In this document: one piece after another, positions 54,985-64,000 of the stretch
How positions within the stretch are numbered: the first letter of the stretch is position 1
Layout: each line of letters begins with the position of its first letter
DNA from: a virus
Direction: 5' to 3' (one strand)
Length of the DNA: 64,000 nt
Virus record (IMG/VR): IMGVR_UViG_3300048587_000983
The notes under the pieces: model-generated
Told to the model about the DNA's origin: nothing
What the model saw: the letters and a program-made list of their open reading frames with translations, nothing else
Database searches by the model: none
Made by a program: the position numbers and the translations under genes

Positions 54985-56571
54985 TTAGATCGTGAAGCTA
55001 TCAATTAGGGTGCCCCCTTCACGGACCTCAAACTCAACAGACTCGTTGAACAAAACCGTCTCGGGATCGGTATCGAGACCCTCGTTGGCCACCGTCTCAT
55101 AGGAAAGAAGAGTTGCCTGGGTCTGCCAGGTCGTTTCGTTCCAGTCAAGGCTCGGCGTGAGGTCGATGTCGGGTGAGAACCCGGCCATCTCCCCGAGGGA
55201 AATCTCATCCTGAAACTCGCCCACGATAATCTGAAAAAGGTAGGTTTTGTTCTTCGGTTTTATGGCTTCAAGAAACGTCACGACATTGGAAAGGTCGATG
55301 TCGGGGTAAATAAAGGCATTGACCGAAATCTGCGGGAGGAATGTGTATTCCTCGAGCATCGTCAAAGCCTTGGTCTCGTCGGTGTCGCCGGGACCCCGGG
55401 TCGCGTCCTCGGTCAAAAACCGCTCAATACCAAAGCGTCCGACTTCCGCTTCGATAAAGCCGGGGTAGTTGACTTTATCGAAGACCGTTATGCCCGTGAC
55501 TAGGGGATCAAACCTTAAAACCCGCTCGCCAGTCACGACGTCCGGGGCCAGCCCGGTCGGCACTTCAAATGTCCTCTCAACACCGTTATCACCGAGCGTT
55601 ACGACCTCAGTTGGGGTGGCGGAGAGAACCGTGCCGTCCTCCTGCGCAACGGGGAGGCCGAAGAGAAGGTAGAGGGCGCGCCTTACGTTTTCGGGGGTGG
55701 GGCCATTCCAGAACGCGTACCAGAGGCCTTGAATAACCTGCACATAGCGAGGGCTGTTCTCCTGATAGATGTCGATGAGAAAGCCGAAGTTATTCCACGG
55801 CGTTTCCTTATCGACGAGCGTTCTTTTCGCCCAGAGGATGGCCGGCGGTGGCTCCGCAAAGCTGATAATTCCCGTGTGCCGATCGACTGCGTAGTCGGTA
55901 CCCTCAACGAGCGATACCGTTACACTCTCATCCCGCACCGCGTCCCGCATTTCAGGGATGGAGACAACCCTCTCCCGCCCGTGGGCGTAAGGGTAGCGGA
56001 ACTCTGGGAAGGTCGTGGGTAGAGATTCGGCATCAACACCAAGGATAAATTCGCAGCAGTTTGCGAGAGGAATCGAGGTCGGCAGGATCTCAATGGAGCT
56101 TGATACGCCAGCCACGTTGGAGACGAGCTGAAGAATAGTGTTTTCAAAAATCGCACGCGCAAAGTCAAATCCCGCTGCGATATTGATCTTTGTCACGATC
56201 TCGTCAATGGTCGTCTGTATAGGCACAAGCCCTTGCAGGTTGACCTCAATAGGCGACCCGCCGTTGATGGCAAAGCGGAGAAGGTATTTGGAGGTAAGAT
56301 TGATACCGCTGCCTATATCCTGGTTTCCCGTGATGACGGAGGGTTTCGTGATGAAATTGTCGGAGGTGAAACTGTAGTTGAGCCAGCGCTCCGTGGCGAA
56401 GGCCTGCAGATCGCGCACCGCAATGTTTAGGTTAACCTCAGCAAACTGCTGGTAGACAGCGGCAATGACCTGCTCGAAGCCGTGCCACGTCTCGCCCATC
56501 CGCTCCCGGTCTTCCTCGGAAAGCTCATCCCAGACAGTGCCAAGAAAATCGAAATACTGCGGTGACGACAT
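54985..56571 (-). CDS. putative baseplate wedge protein (528 aa)
   Basis: NGPTPENVRRALYLLFGLP pattern; position in the baseplate block. Confidence 0.62.
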   Translation of the reverse strand: MSSPQYFDFLGTVWDELSEEDRERMGETWHGFEQVIAAVYQQFAEVNLNIAVRDLQAFATERWLNYSFTSDNFITKPSVITGNQDIGSGINLTSKYLLRFAINGGSPIEVNLQGLVPIQTTIDEIVTKINIAAGFDFARAIFENTILQLVSNVAGVSSSIEILPTSIPLANCCEFILGVDAESLPTTFPEFRYPYAHGRERVVSIPEMRDAVRDESVTVSLVEGTDYAVDRHTGIISFAEPPPAILWAKRTLVDKETPWNNFGFLIDIYQENSPRYVQVIQGLWYAFWNGPTPENVRRALYLLFGLPVAQEDGTVLSATPTEVVTLGDNGVERTFEVPTGLAPDVVTGERVLRFDPLVTGITVFDKVNYPGFIEAEVGRFGIERFLTEDATRGPGDTDETKALTMLEEYTFLPQISVNAFIYPDIDLSNVVTFLEAIKPKNKTYLFQIIVGEFQDEISLGEMAGFSPDIDLTPSLDWNETTWQTQATLLSYETVANEGLDTDPETVLFNESVEFEVREGGTLIDSFTI

Positions 56572-56573
56572 CG

Positions 56574-56843
56574 TTACTTCCCGCGCATGAGATTGCCGTT
56601 ACGATCCATAAAGCCGCCGCCTTTCAGGTCTTCCGGGGTCACCTTGCGCTTTGGGAACTTGCCGTGCCACCTGCCGCCGTCGGAGTTTTTCGACCCGTCC
56701 TTGTAGGTGTCAGGCGAACACTCACTGCAGAGGGCTTTTCCCACAAGCTCAGGCTTTCCAAAGTAGTCCTGGTCTCTTCCCCAGTAGTGTCCGAGGGCGG
56801 TGTTTTCAACACACTGGCAAAGGTCACAGACAAAAAGCGGCAT
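56574..56843 (-). CDS. small zinc-finger-like protein (89 aa)
   Basis: True start ATG 56843 (TGATG overlap); CDLC...CSEC. Confidence 0.62.
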   Translation of the reverse strand: MPLFVCDLCQCVENTALGHYWGRDQDYFGKPELVGKALCSECSPDTYKDGSKNSDGGRWHGKFPKRKVTPEDLKGGGFMDRNGNLMRGK

Positions 56844-57652
56844 CAGCGTCCTCTTCTCAAAAGTTTTTTGGCACCTTGAACTGCATATGGTGCCGCAAGC
56901 GTGCCGAGACCGGCAAGCTCGAACTTGTCTTTCGTGTGCTCGTTCATCGGTTTTCCACGGAGATTTTGGATGCTCGGCACAGCGAGAAGACCAAGCCCGC
57001 CCAGTTCGGCGGCGATATTGGCCTTTTTCTCGAAGCCGAGCCAAAAGCCCTTCTCGAAAGCCAGTTTTTGAAACCAGTCGGTCTCCTGAATGGCTTGCCA
57101 GGCTGCATTGATTTTCGACATGGTCTCCTCGCTCCCGCCCTTGTCGGGGTGGTGTTTCATGGCAAGATTGTGAAAAGCGCGCCTCACCTCGCGCTTTGTC
57201 GTTTCGTTGCCGGATAAGTCGAGCGTTTTTTTAAGATCGCTCACCGAGGCCGAGCCCCGGTTCCAGTTTCCGGCGCGATGCCAGCTCTGCTCGTAGCTCT
57301 GATTCCGGTATTCCTGGCGACCCTGCTGGCGGTAGCCTCTGGAACCCGAGGTCAAGGAGCTCGCCCAAAGACCCGCCATGCCCCCTGACAGCGCACCGAT
57401 AAGGGCGTCACGCCGGGGCGCATCCTTCAGCTCTTTTTTCACAGCCTCGTCCTCGAAAGCTTTCAGCTCCGGCGTGTCGGGCTTAATGCCCTTTTTCGCG
57501 GCCTCGCGCCGCACCTTTTTCATGAAATCGGAGTCGTAGCGGATGTCTTTTTCGTCAAGAGTGAGCCTGGTCGAAAGATAGTTCGTCGCGCCGGCTGCTC
57601 CTGCGCCCAGAAGAGGGAGCATCACCATGGGGTTTTTCAAAGGGTTTTGCAT
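56843..57652 (-). CDS. J-domain (DnaJ-like) protein with glycine-zipper segments and FWLGFEKKA motif
   Basis: EVRRAFHNLAMKHHPDKGGSEETMSKINAAWQAI; hydrophobic GxxxG segments on both sides. Confidence 0.85.
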   Translation of the reverse strand: MQNPLKNPMVMLPLLGAGAAGATNYLSTRLTLDEKDIRYDSDFMKKVRREAAKKGIKPDTPELKAFEDEAVKKELKDAPRRDALIGALSGGMAGLWASSLTSGSRGYRQQGRQEYRNQSYEQSWHRAGNWNRGSASVSDLKKTLDLSGNETTKREVRRAFHNLAMKHHPDKGGSEETMSKINAAWQAIQETDWFQKLAFEKGFWLGFEKKANIAAELGGLGLLAVPSIQNLRGKPMNEHTKDKFELAGLGTLAAPYAVQGAKKLLRRGR

Positions 57653-57660
57653 GATCCGCC

Positions 57661-57930
57661 TCAGTATAAAAGGTGGGGGTTGCTGTCGGCCTGGAAAACC
57701 GGCCCCTGGTTTCCGACACCGAAATCTCTCGGGTTACGCTCCCTGTCGAGAAGCGTTTTGTCCGTCATAAGCTGATTTCGCGGGTTTTCGCCCGAGACGT
57801 TCGTGCTTGACGCCAGAGGGCCATCAAACTCGTATTCGCCGTAGATTGAGCCCTTGCCGGAAGACGAAAAGCCTCCACCACCCGTGAAGGCCTCCGCTCG
57901 CTTGATAAATCCGCACCAGAAGCTTTTCAC
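57661..57930 (-). CDS. small protein with N-terminal FWCGFIKRA motif
   Basis: GTG start coupled to the upstream stop. Confidence 0.68.
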   Translation of the reverse strand: MKSFWCGFIKRAEAFTGGGGFSSSGKGSIYGEYEFDGPLASSTNVSGENPRNQLMTDKTLLDRERNPRDFGVGNQGPVFQADSNPHLLY

Positions 57931-58817
57931 CGCGCCCGCCCCGCAAAACCGGCGAGGAATGCGTCGGTGGCGACCTTCTCCTTGCCGACGTTTATGTTGA
58001 TGGTATGACCGCCCTTGCCTTCGGACTTTTTGCCCGAGCCCTTGGAATCACTGTCTTTTTTTGTTTTGGGCTTCGGTTTTGAATTTCCACCTTCCGGGCT
58101 CGATTCCGCAACCCCCGGGGCACCGCCCTCCTCCATGCTAGACTCGCCGGCAGGGCCGCCCTCGCCTTCCATCGGCATCGGACCCTCACCGCCACCCTGG
58201 AAGTCTGACATGATATTTTGAGCTGTGGGGTCGCCTTCGGCGTAGGCCTGACCGGCCATCGCAGCCTCCTGCGCCGCCTGCTCCTGCATCGCAGCTTCCT
58301 CTGCGGCAGCCTCGGCCGCGGAATAAGCCCCGGGATGCGACCAGTGGCCGCAGAGCATACGAGCTGTCACGTCCTGCTTGATCGCAGGGTTGGTGCAAAA
58401 ACCCGATCCGAGCTGGGGATTCAAGGCGCGGAAATGCATGCAGTTGCCGCAGTTGCCGCCCTCGATCTCGGCAGGCAAAGTGATAAGTCCAACTGCAGCG
58501 CCGGCCTCCATGTCCTCTGGGGTGCGCGGGTCAACGCCGCCAAGCTCGTTCCACTTGAGCATTTTCTCAGGAGCAACCCCACCAGGACTGGCGCCCTCAA
58601 TCATGGGGTCGGCCGGCTCAGCCTGCACATAGGTTTCCGCTGCACGTTTTTCAAATCCAGCCCAGAAATTCATTGCCATGGCTCCTGTTTTCTTAAGACG
58701 CTCGGGAAGGTCCTCGGGGGTTTCCTTCTCCCACTCGTCGATCGTTTTCTGACTCATCTTCCCCTCAGCCTTGAGGGCGTAGAACTTGCGCCTTTGCGCC
58801 ATCGATTTAAAGGGCAT
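57927..58817 (-). CDS. protein with FWAGFEKRA motif and HiPIP-like four-Cys domain
   Basis: NCGNCMHF...GFC...MLCGHW; low-complexity acidic then basic tail. Confidence 0.75.
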   Translation of the reverse strand: MPFKSMAQRRKFYALKAEGKMSQKTIDEWEKETPEDLPERLKKTGAMAMNFWAGFEKRAAETYVQAEPADPMIEGASPGGVAPEKMLKWNELGGVDPRTPEDMEAGAAVGLITLPAEIEGGNCGNCMHFRALNPQLGSGFCTNPAIKQDVTARMLCGHWSHPGAYSAAEAAAEEAAMQEQAAQEAAMAGQAYAEGDPTAQNIMSDFQGGGEGPMPMEGEGGPAGESSMEEGGAPGVAESSPEGGNSKPKPKTKKDSDSKGSGKKSEGKGGHTININVGKEKVATDAFLAGFAGRAR

Positions 58818-61270
58818 CAGTCAAGCCTCGTCAAAACAATGTTATCGGCCAGCCAGTGCGTTATTCTCGGGCTGATCGGGCTTGTCGTGTACCGGGGGAA
58901 GGGGTCCGGCGCCTCCACGCGGAGGTAATCCTGACCAGTGATGACGGTGGTGGACCCGTCCGTCATGTGCACGACGGCCTCCAGCGTAAACGAGCGAATG
59001 AATGTCCCGTAGCGACGGTAGGGGTCGGTCGTCTGTTGGATGAACTGGACGATGTCGGAGTATTCGAGATCAGTCCCAGCCTTCTGCGCGTTGATAAAGT
59101 CTTTGACGAGCTCGGTGAGCGTCTCATTATCAGGAATGCTGGTGTCCGTCTCGTCCACGCGGTACTCGATGGTGCCTGACACAAACGCCGGCAGATAGTG
59201 GCGAATCAGAAAGTCCCCGTCGAGGACCCGCTCCTGATCGGACCGGCAGAAGTTGTGAAGATCGAGAATCTCCGGCACGTAGTCGTATTCCACGCGGAAT
59301 GAAAGACCGATGAGGCCGGAATTGAAGACGATGTACGAGTCTTCAAAGGCCGAGAAACGGTCCGTCGGCGAGTTTACGACAAGCCTGTAATCCGCACCAG
59401 CGCCTATACCGAACGGGCCTTGACCGAAACCGCCGAGACCAAAGCCCGCGCGCCCATCAAGGAATTCTCCGGTGGGCTCAAGCGTCAACGGGTCGATAAT
59501 CTCGATGGCCCGAATCCGTAGAAAGGCCACGTCGGTAATTGTGAAATCCTCCCGACCGGGACGAATGCCGCGCGTATAGCCCGTGTCATCGAGTTTTACG
59601 AGGGGGCCTATGTCGATCGAAAGTGGGTTGTACCAAAATTGGACGTAGACGACTTCGCCGTCTTTTATCCCCGTACGGCGAATGTAGTAGTTGATGCCCG
59701 ACGCCGAATCGGTAAGCTCAGCATCGAGCACAAGGGTATTGTCGTCAATTTTCTCAAGAACCCTGTAATCGCCGACGTCATCACCTGTCGTGATCGTTAC
59801 GATGTCATTGGCAAGGACGTTGAGAAAGACGCCCGGGGTTGGGTCGGAGAAGGTGTTGTCGCCATCGACCGTGACGCCTGTGGTCTGGGCGCCCAGCACA
59901 GAGGGACCGATCACGCGGCGAATATTGCCGTTTGGATCATCGACCTCGTAATGAGTGATCTCTGTAAAAACGATTGGCCCGTCTCCGAAGTAGACATACG
60001 GGCCGCCGCCGTTGGTGAGACCAAAGACTGCGTTAAGAGCCGATGTGCCTGAGATAGGATCGTCGAGCACGATCTCTGAGGTGAGACCCTGGGTCGGCGA
60101 GGTGATACGGATCGAGTTACCGGACGCAAACGCCACGTTGAAGCCAAATGCCTGGTTGATGGCGACAATAATCTCCTGACGGGATGTCGCGGAAGGCACC
60201 GCCCCGGCGACCTTGATGTTAAAGAAAACACCGCCGATCCCGATGTAGACATATTGAGCCAAAGCGAGATTGAGAGGCGAGTTCATGTTTACAGGGCTGA
60301 GGTACGAGGCCGCGGACGCGGGCTTCACCTGCTGGACGATAGGATTCTTTCCGCCAGTGCGGTCGAGATTTGTAGCGCGAACGTTGACGTAAGACGTCCC
60401 GTTGAGCTGTATGTTGCTGCTGCCGTAGGCCTGCCGCGACGTGTCTGTGAGAACGGCGACGAAGTTTTTCTCGCCCACCCGCACAGATGTCGTTTTCACG
60501 AAGCCATCCACCTTGCCGCCGATGTGAACATTATATTGAATGTCCCGCATCATCTCGGGATCCCCGAAACCTATGGGGGTGATCTGCTTCAGGAACGTGG
60601 CAAAGTTTTCAAAAAGAATGGCGTTGATACCCTTGCCGGTGACGAGATCTCTGACGCCGATCGAGTTTTTGACTCTATCTATGTAGTCGATGTTGGTTTC
60701 GCGTGAGGCACCGCCCTCGAAAGCGAGCTTGTTTGTGACAAGAACAGCTTCCGAGTCGTTTGTGATTTCAATGAGGCCGCCGGCGTCAAGATCCCCGTCA
60801 GTCCCAAGCTCGGTGCAGACCACCGGGATATCGTAGTAGTAATTCCCGTCTTCGATTTGAGCGGACATTTCCGTTGCGAGGATTGCGAAGGGGGAGGGGT
60901 TGGTGTAGGTTTTCCCGTTGCTCCCCGTGAAAAGCGCACCTTCAGCAGGCCATTCTCTATCGACAGGCGAGACGTAGTAGACACGCGCTGTGCCGCCGGC
61001 TTGGTCGCCCTCAACACGTGGAACGTAGAGGTTGCTGGCCAGTGCGTCAACAGCCTCCTCGGAGAAGGAGTTGGGGTCGTCCTGCTGAAGGATCCGGCGG
61101 AAGCTTTGTGCGATTTCGAGCGTGTTGGCTTCGTCAGCAAACGGCTGCAGAATAAACTGCATCGGCTTGAAGAAAAGCGCTTCAAACCCCGTGCCTGGGC
61201 GCACGTCAAACTTGGGATCGTACTCCGTAAGACGTGTTCGCAGAAAATCCGCAATCGGTAGTTGTGCCAT
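58817..61270 (-). CDS. baseplate J/gp6-like wedge protein (817 aa)
   Basis: GGTARVYY...GTDGDL...VTNKLAFEGGASRETNIDYIDRV baseplate-J pattern. Confidence 0.78.
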   Translation of the reverse strand: MAQLPIADFLRTRLTEYDPKFDVRPGTGFEALFFKPMQFILQPFADEANTLEIAQSFRRILQQDDPNSFSEEAVDALASNLYVPRVEGDQAGGTARVYYVSPVDREWPAEGALFTGSNGKTYTNPSPFAILATEMSAQIEDGNYYYDIPVVCTELGTDGDLDAGGLIEITNDSEAVLVTNKLAFEGGASRETNIDYIDRVKNSIGVRDLVTGKGINAILFENFATFLKQITPIGFGDPEMMRDIQYNVHIGGKVDGFVKTTSVRVGEKNFVAVLTDTSRQAYGSSNIQLNGTSYVNVRATNLDRTGGKNPIVQQVKPASAASYLSPVNMNSPLNLALAQYVYIGIGGVFFNIKVAGAVPSATSRQEIIVAINQAFGFNVAFASGNSIRITSPTQGLTSEIVLDDPISGTSALNAVFGLTNGGGPYVYFGDGPIVFTEITHYEVDDPNGNIRRVIGPSVLGAQTTGVTVDGDNTFSDPTPGVFLNVLANDIVTITTGDDVGDYRVLEKIDDNTLVLDAELTDSASGINYYIRRTGIKDGEVVYVQFWYNPLSIDIGPLVKLDDTGYTRGIRPGREDFTITDVAFLRIRAIEIIDPLTLEPTGEFLDGRAGFGLGGFGQGPFGIGAGADYRLVVNSPTDRFSAFEDSYIVFNSGLIGLSFRVEYDYVPEILDLHNFCRSDQERVLDGDFLIRHYLPAFVSGTIEYRVDETDTSIPDNETLTELVKDFINAQKAGTDLEYSDIVQFIQQTTDPYRRYGTFIRSFTLEAVVHMTDGSTTVITGQDYLRVEAPDPFPRYTTSPISPRITHWLADNIVLTRLD

Positions 61271-61271
61271 G

Positions 61272-61682
61272 TTATATCACCACATCCTGCTGTTGCCCGA
61301 GTTCGTTTGTAATCCGAAGCCTGACGAACACCGCGTCGATAGCATCGCCCTCTTCAATACTGACGATTTGAATCTCCTGCAGACGCTCTGAAGCGGGAAC
61401 CGTGAGGCCTATTTGCTGCTCCAGCACTTCAGCCTCGGTCTTGCGAACCCGGCGTGTGACTTCGGCTGCAATCTCGTTGAAATCACCCGCTCCGAAGTTA
61501 AAGCTGATCAGCTCAGGGATTCCACCGCCCAACTCAGGGTCCAAAACGTCCTGTCCTGGTATATTTAAGAGCGATAGTAGCACGATTTGAGTGAGTTTTA
61601 AAATGCCAGAGGCGACCTTTGGCTGGATTTTAAAGGTCACCCGGCGCGTGTTAGGGTCGGTATAAATCACGAGTATTTCCAC
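61272..61682 (-). CDS. baseplate gp25-like protein
   Basis: LLSLLNIPGQDVLDPELGGGI...ERLQEIQIV pattern; adjacent to baseplate J. Confidence 0.72.
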   Translation of the reverse strand: MEILVIYTDPNTRRVTFKIQPKVASGILKLTQIVLLSLLNIPGQDVLDPELGGGIPELISFNFGAGDFNEIAAEVTRRVRKTEAEVLEQQIGLTVPASERLQEIQIVSIEEGDAIDAVFVRLRITNELGQQQDVVI

Positions 61683-61691
61683 GGCGACTCC

Positions 61692-63917
61692 TTAGAAGCT
61701 GAGTACGTCTTTAAGCCTTGCAAGGGACTGGCCGACGCCGCTGCTGGAGATGATCCCGCAGAACGCCTCCTGGATACTGAAGGAACCACCGAGGCTGTTG
61801 AAGCGAAGGCAGTCCTGGAGGTTTTTGAAGATGGCAAGATCGAAGTCGATGGAGAACTGGATATTGAGAAGATCGGCATCCTTTTCCAACTCGAACTCGA
61901 TCTGACTAAGCTTGTCGCGGCTCGCCTGGTCAGGAAAGCACTGCTTTAAAAGTGCCACGGATGCGAGAGCGGCACCCACAAACGTCGCCTCTTTGCTGTT
62001 GAGCTTAAAGAATTTGTTAAAATCGCCGGACTCCAAAAGCTCCTGCGCGTTATCGAGCCCAGCGCTTTGAAGAAGCGCAAAGATTCCGTCGCCGATCTTT
62101 TTTATGGTGTCCTCAAGCTCAAAGGGAGTATCGACAAACCGCTGGAGGATGGCGGCTATCTCGTTGTCGCGGGAAACGGTGATGGCGAGTCTTTTGAGGA
62201 CCGAGCGGGCCACGCCCAGCACTTCCGTCCGCACCGTGGCACTGATAGGGGCATTATTTGCCTCAAGAAGAAAGACGAGGAGCTGACTTTCAAGCTCGGC
62301 CGTCTGCTCCTGGGCATCGGTTGCCCGGAAGACCGCCCCTTCGATCTTGATATCGTCAAGCTTTTTGAGGTTGACGACTGCTGTTTGATAGGCGTTTGCC
62401 GACTGCTGACTTATGTTCAAAGCATCAAGTGCCCCGGACGGCGACTCCAGTTTAGCCCTTGCGAAAGTCGGATATTCCGGCTCAAGGCGACCAGCCAGCG
62501 TAAGAAGCACGACATCGTTCTCCTGACTAAGTGTGGCGGCGTGCACCCGTGCCAGCGTTGTGACCACATTGTTGGCCGCAATTGATGCTCCAAGCACAGT
62601 GATGCGATCACCCTGTTTCGGAGTCCGGGGCAGGCCTGCACTCAAAATGAGTATCTGGTTGGCCCCGACAGAGACCTTTGCCAGTGCGCCTGGAATCTCA
62701 GCCGTCCCGATGGCGACAATCGTGGCAGCTTGCACGTAGGTCGTAAACTGCCCGGTTGGTATCGTCTTAAAGTTTTCAAGGATTATACTGAGGTCCATCC
62801 CCCACTTGAACGCTTGAACGGAGGCGGTCAGAGGCTGAGGCTTAAAGCCGCCGATAGGCCCCGCAAAGGCCGTAGGCGAACCGTTGAGGATATCAGCCAT
62901 GGAGCCCGCGACGTTATCCACCCGGTTAAGGAGAGGGTCAAAGAGTGAGAGGATATATTTTTTGTAGTAGGCGGGAAGACCGCTCGTCATCTGACTTAGA
63001 GCCGAGATGAAGGCAGCGATTCGCGCATTGATGTTGACCACGATTTCAAAGTAACCTTCCGCAGCCTCAATCACCTGTTTTGAAACCTTGGGGATTGAGA
63101 TCGTGGCCTGAACCTGCTGCTCTGTGGTCGGCACAGGCGGGTTCTCAAAAAGCCCTATGGCCGCGATTTGCCCGGCTTTCACGGCATCGACCGCGCTGTT
63201 CCCCGTCGTGCCGTTGGCAAGGGGGTTATTGACAACGCTTGTCAGTGTGCTCTTGTTGACAGTTCCGCCGGCCACGCCGCGGTTGATGCTTTGGTTCGGG
63301 AGGGGTGGCGTGACGAGCGACCTGGCTCTTTCGAGCGAAGCCTTCGCCGAATCAAAGCGCCTTGAAAGCCATAGATCCCTACGGACGAACGTATTTCGGA
63401 CCAGAAGAAGATCGGTACGAGCCGAGCGCACGTCAAGGAGGGCTCGTCGAAGCTGGGCGATGTAAGGGTCATAGACCGGGTTTCCCTGAGTGAGAATTTT
63501 AAGAAGGTTATAAAGCTCTGTGACCTTTGATGATAGCTCGGCAAGGATCTCCTGCTTTTCCCGCAAAAGCGTGATGGTATTGGTCGCCAGTCGCCGCACG
63601 AAGTACATCACGAGCTCGTTGTTAGCCATGATGCTCGCCGCGAGAATGTTGTTGGCGAGGTTGAAGGCCTGCTGAGCTGTATCCTCAAGCCCTGTCGCCT
63701 GCAGCGCTTCAATGAGGACGACGCCTGTGTTCTGCCTAAGATATTCGCCCGCAAATGACGAAAGGGGACCGAGGCCCCCTGACGCTGCATCGACGAGCTT
63801 GCCGGAAAGCTCAAACGTCACAAGGTTCCCCGGGTCAGAGAGCTTCATCTGAAGCAGCGCCAGGTTTTCAATAATGTTATCGGTACATTTTTTAACGAAG
63901 TACGCGCCAAGACTCAT
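61692..63917 (-). CDS. large helical hypothetical structural protein (~741 aa)
   Basis: ATG 63917 overlaps the TGA of an upstream ORF in another frame, so it is preferred over the track start 63986. Confidence 0.75.
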   Translation of the reverse strand: MSLGAYFVKKCTDNIIENLALLQMKLSDPGNLVTFELSGKLVDAASGGLGPLSSFAGEYLRQNTGVVLIEALQATGLEDTAQQAFNLANNILAASIMANNELVMYFVRRLATNTITLLREKQEILAELSSKVTELYNLLKILTQGNPVYDPYIAQLRRALLDVRSARTDLLLVRNTFVRRDLWLSRRFDSAKASLERARSLVTPPLPNQSINRGVAGGTVNKSTLTSVVNNPLANGTTGNSAVDAVKAGQIAAIGLFENPPVPTTEQQVQATISIPKVSKQVIEAAEGYFEIVVNINARIAAFISALSQMTSGLPAYYKKYILSLFDPLLNRVDNVAGSMADILNGSPTAFAGPIGGFKPQPLTASVQAFKWGMDLSIILENFKTIPTGQFTTYVQAATIVAIGTAEIPGALAKVSVGANQILILSAGLPRTPKQGDRITVLGASIAANNVVTTLARVHAATLSQENDVVLLTLAGRLEPEYPTFARAKLESPSGALDALNISQQSANAYQTAVVNLKKLDDIKIEGAVFRATDAQEQTAELESQLLVFLLEANNAPISATVRTEVLGVARSVLKRLAITVSRDNEIAAILQRFVDTPFELEDTIKKIGDGIFALLQSAGLDNAQELLESGDFNKFFKLNSKEATFVGAALASVALLKQCFPDQASRDKLSQIEFELEKDADLLNIQFSIDFDLAIFKNLQDCLRFNSLGGSFSIQEAFCGIISSSGVGQSLARLKDVLSF

Positions 63918-64000
63918 TTTTTGAAAGCCTTCTCCGCGCGCTCGCGGATCCGTGCGTGAAGCGCCCGAACCTTGGACGCCGACCATCCATTTCTCTGCCC
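63914..64000 (-). CDS. 3' end of a gene truncated by the window edge
   Basis: Open frame ...RIRERAEKAFKK* ending in an ATGA overlap. Confidence 0.5.
   Translation of the reverse strand, partial: GQRNGWSASKVRALHARIRERAEKAFKK

Noticed and set aside
56844-57044. N-terminal extension of ORF 56574..57044
   Set aside because: It overlaps the J-domain gene; ATG 56843 is coupled to that gene's stop by TGATG.
1-64000. Stop-codon reassignment, tRNA genes or defence/anti-defence systems
   Set aside because: Genes read through at full length in the standard code with tight coupling. No intergenic gap shows a cloverleaf, and I recognised no defence-family motifs.

Overview
This window is the virion-morphogenesis region of a large contractile-tailed (jumbo-like) dsDNA phage. 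Nearly all genes are on the minus strand, in the standard genetic code, and many are translationally coupled. It encodes an intein-containing large terminase, a probable portal, baseplate spike, wedge and gp25-like proteins, several large modular fibres/adhesins, a holin, SSB, HU and two 2OG-Fe(II) oxygenases. Embedded in the structural gene cluster is a streamlined single-chain beta-beta' RNA polymerase (2008 aa), with a poxvirus D6/D11-like SF2 ATPase two genes downstream. The most unusual signal is a shared peptide tag, F-W-x-G-F-(E/I)-(K/R)-(R/K), usually followed by Ala. It occurs on seven otherwise unrelated proteins, including the ATPase, a CxxC-less thioredoxin, a J-domain/glycine-zipper protein and a HiPIP-like protein. 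K-x-A tripeptides are also strongly enriched in a putative head core protein. Together these suggest an undescribed capsid-targeting/protease-processing system that may deliver a transcription and membrane-translocation kit into the host; this is inference and has not been tested. An iteron array around an AT-rich core upstream of terL looks like an origin or packaging site. I saw no tRNA, rRNA or CRISPR array. Major capsid, sheath, tape measure, prohead protease and endolysin genes were not recognised in this window. All family assignments are by eye from motifs; no database searches were run.
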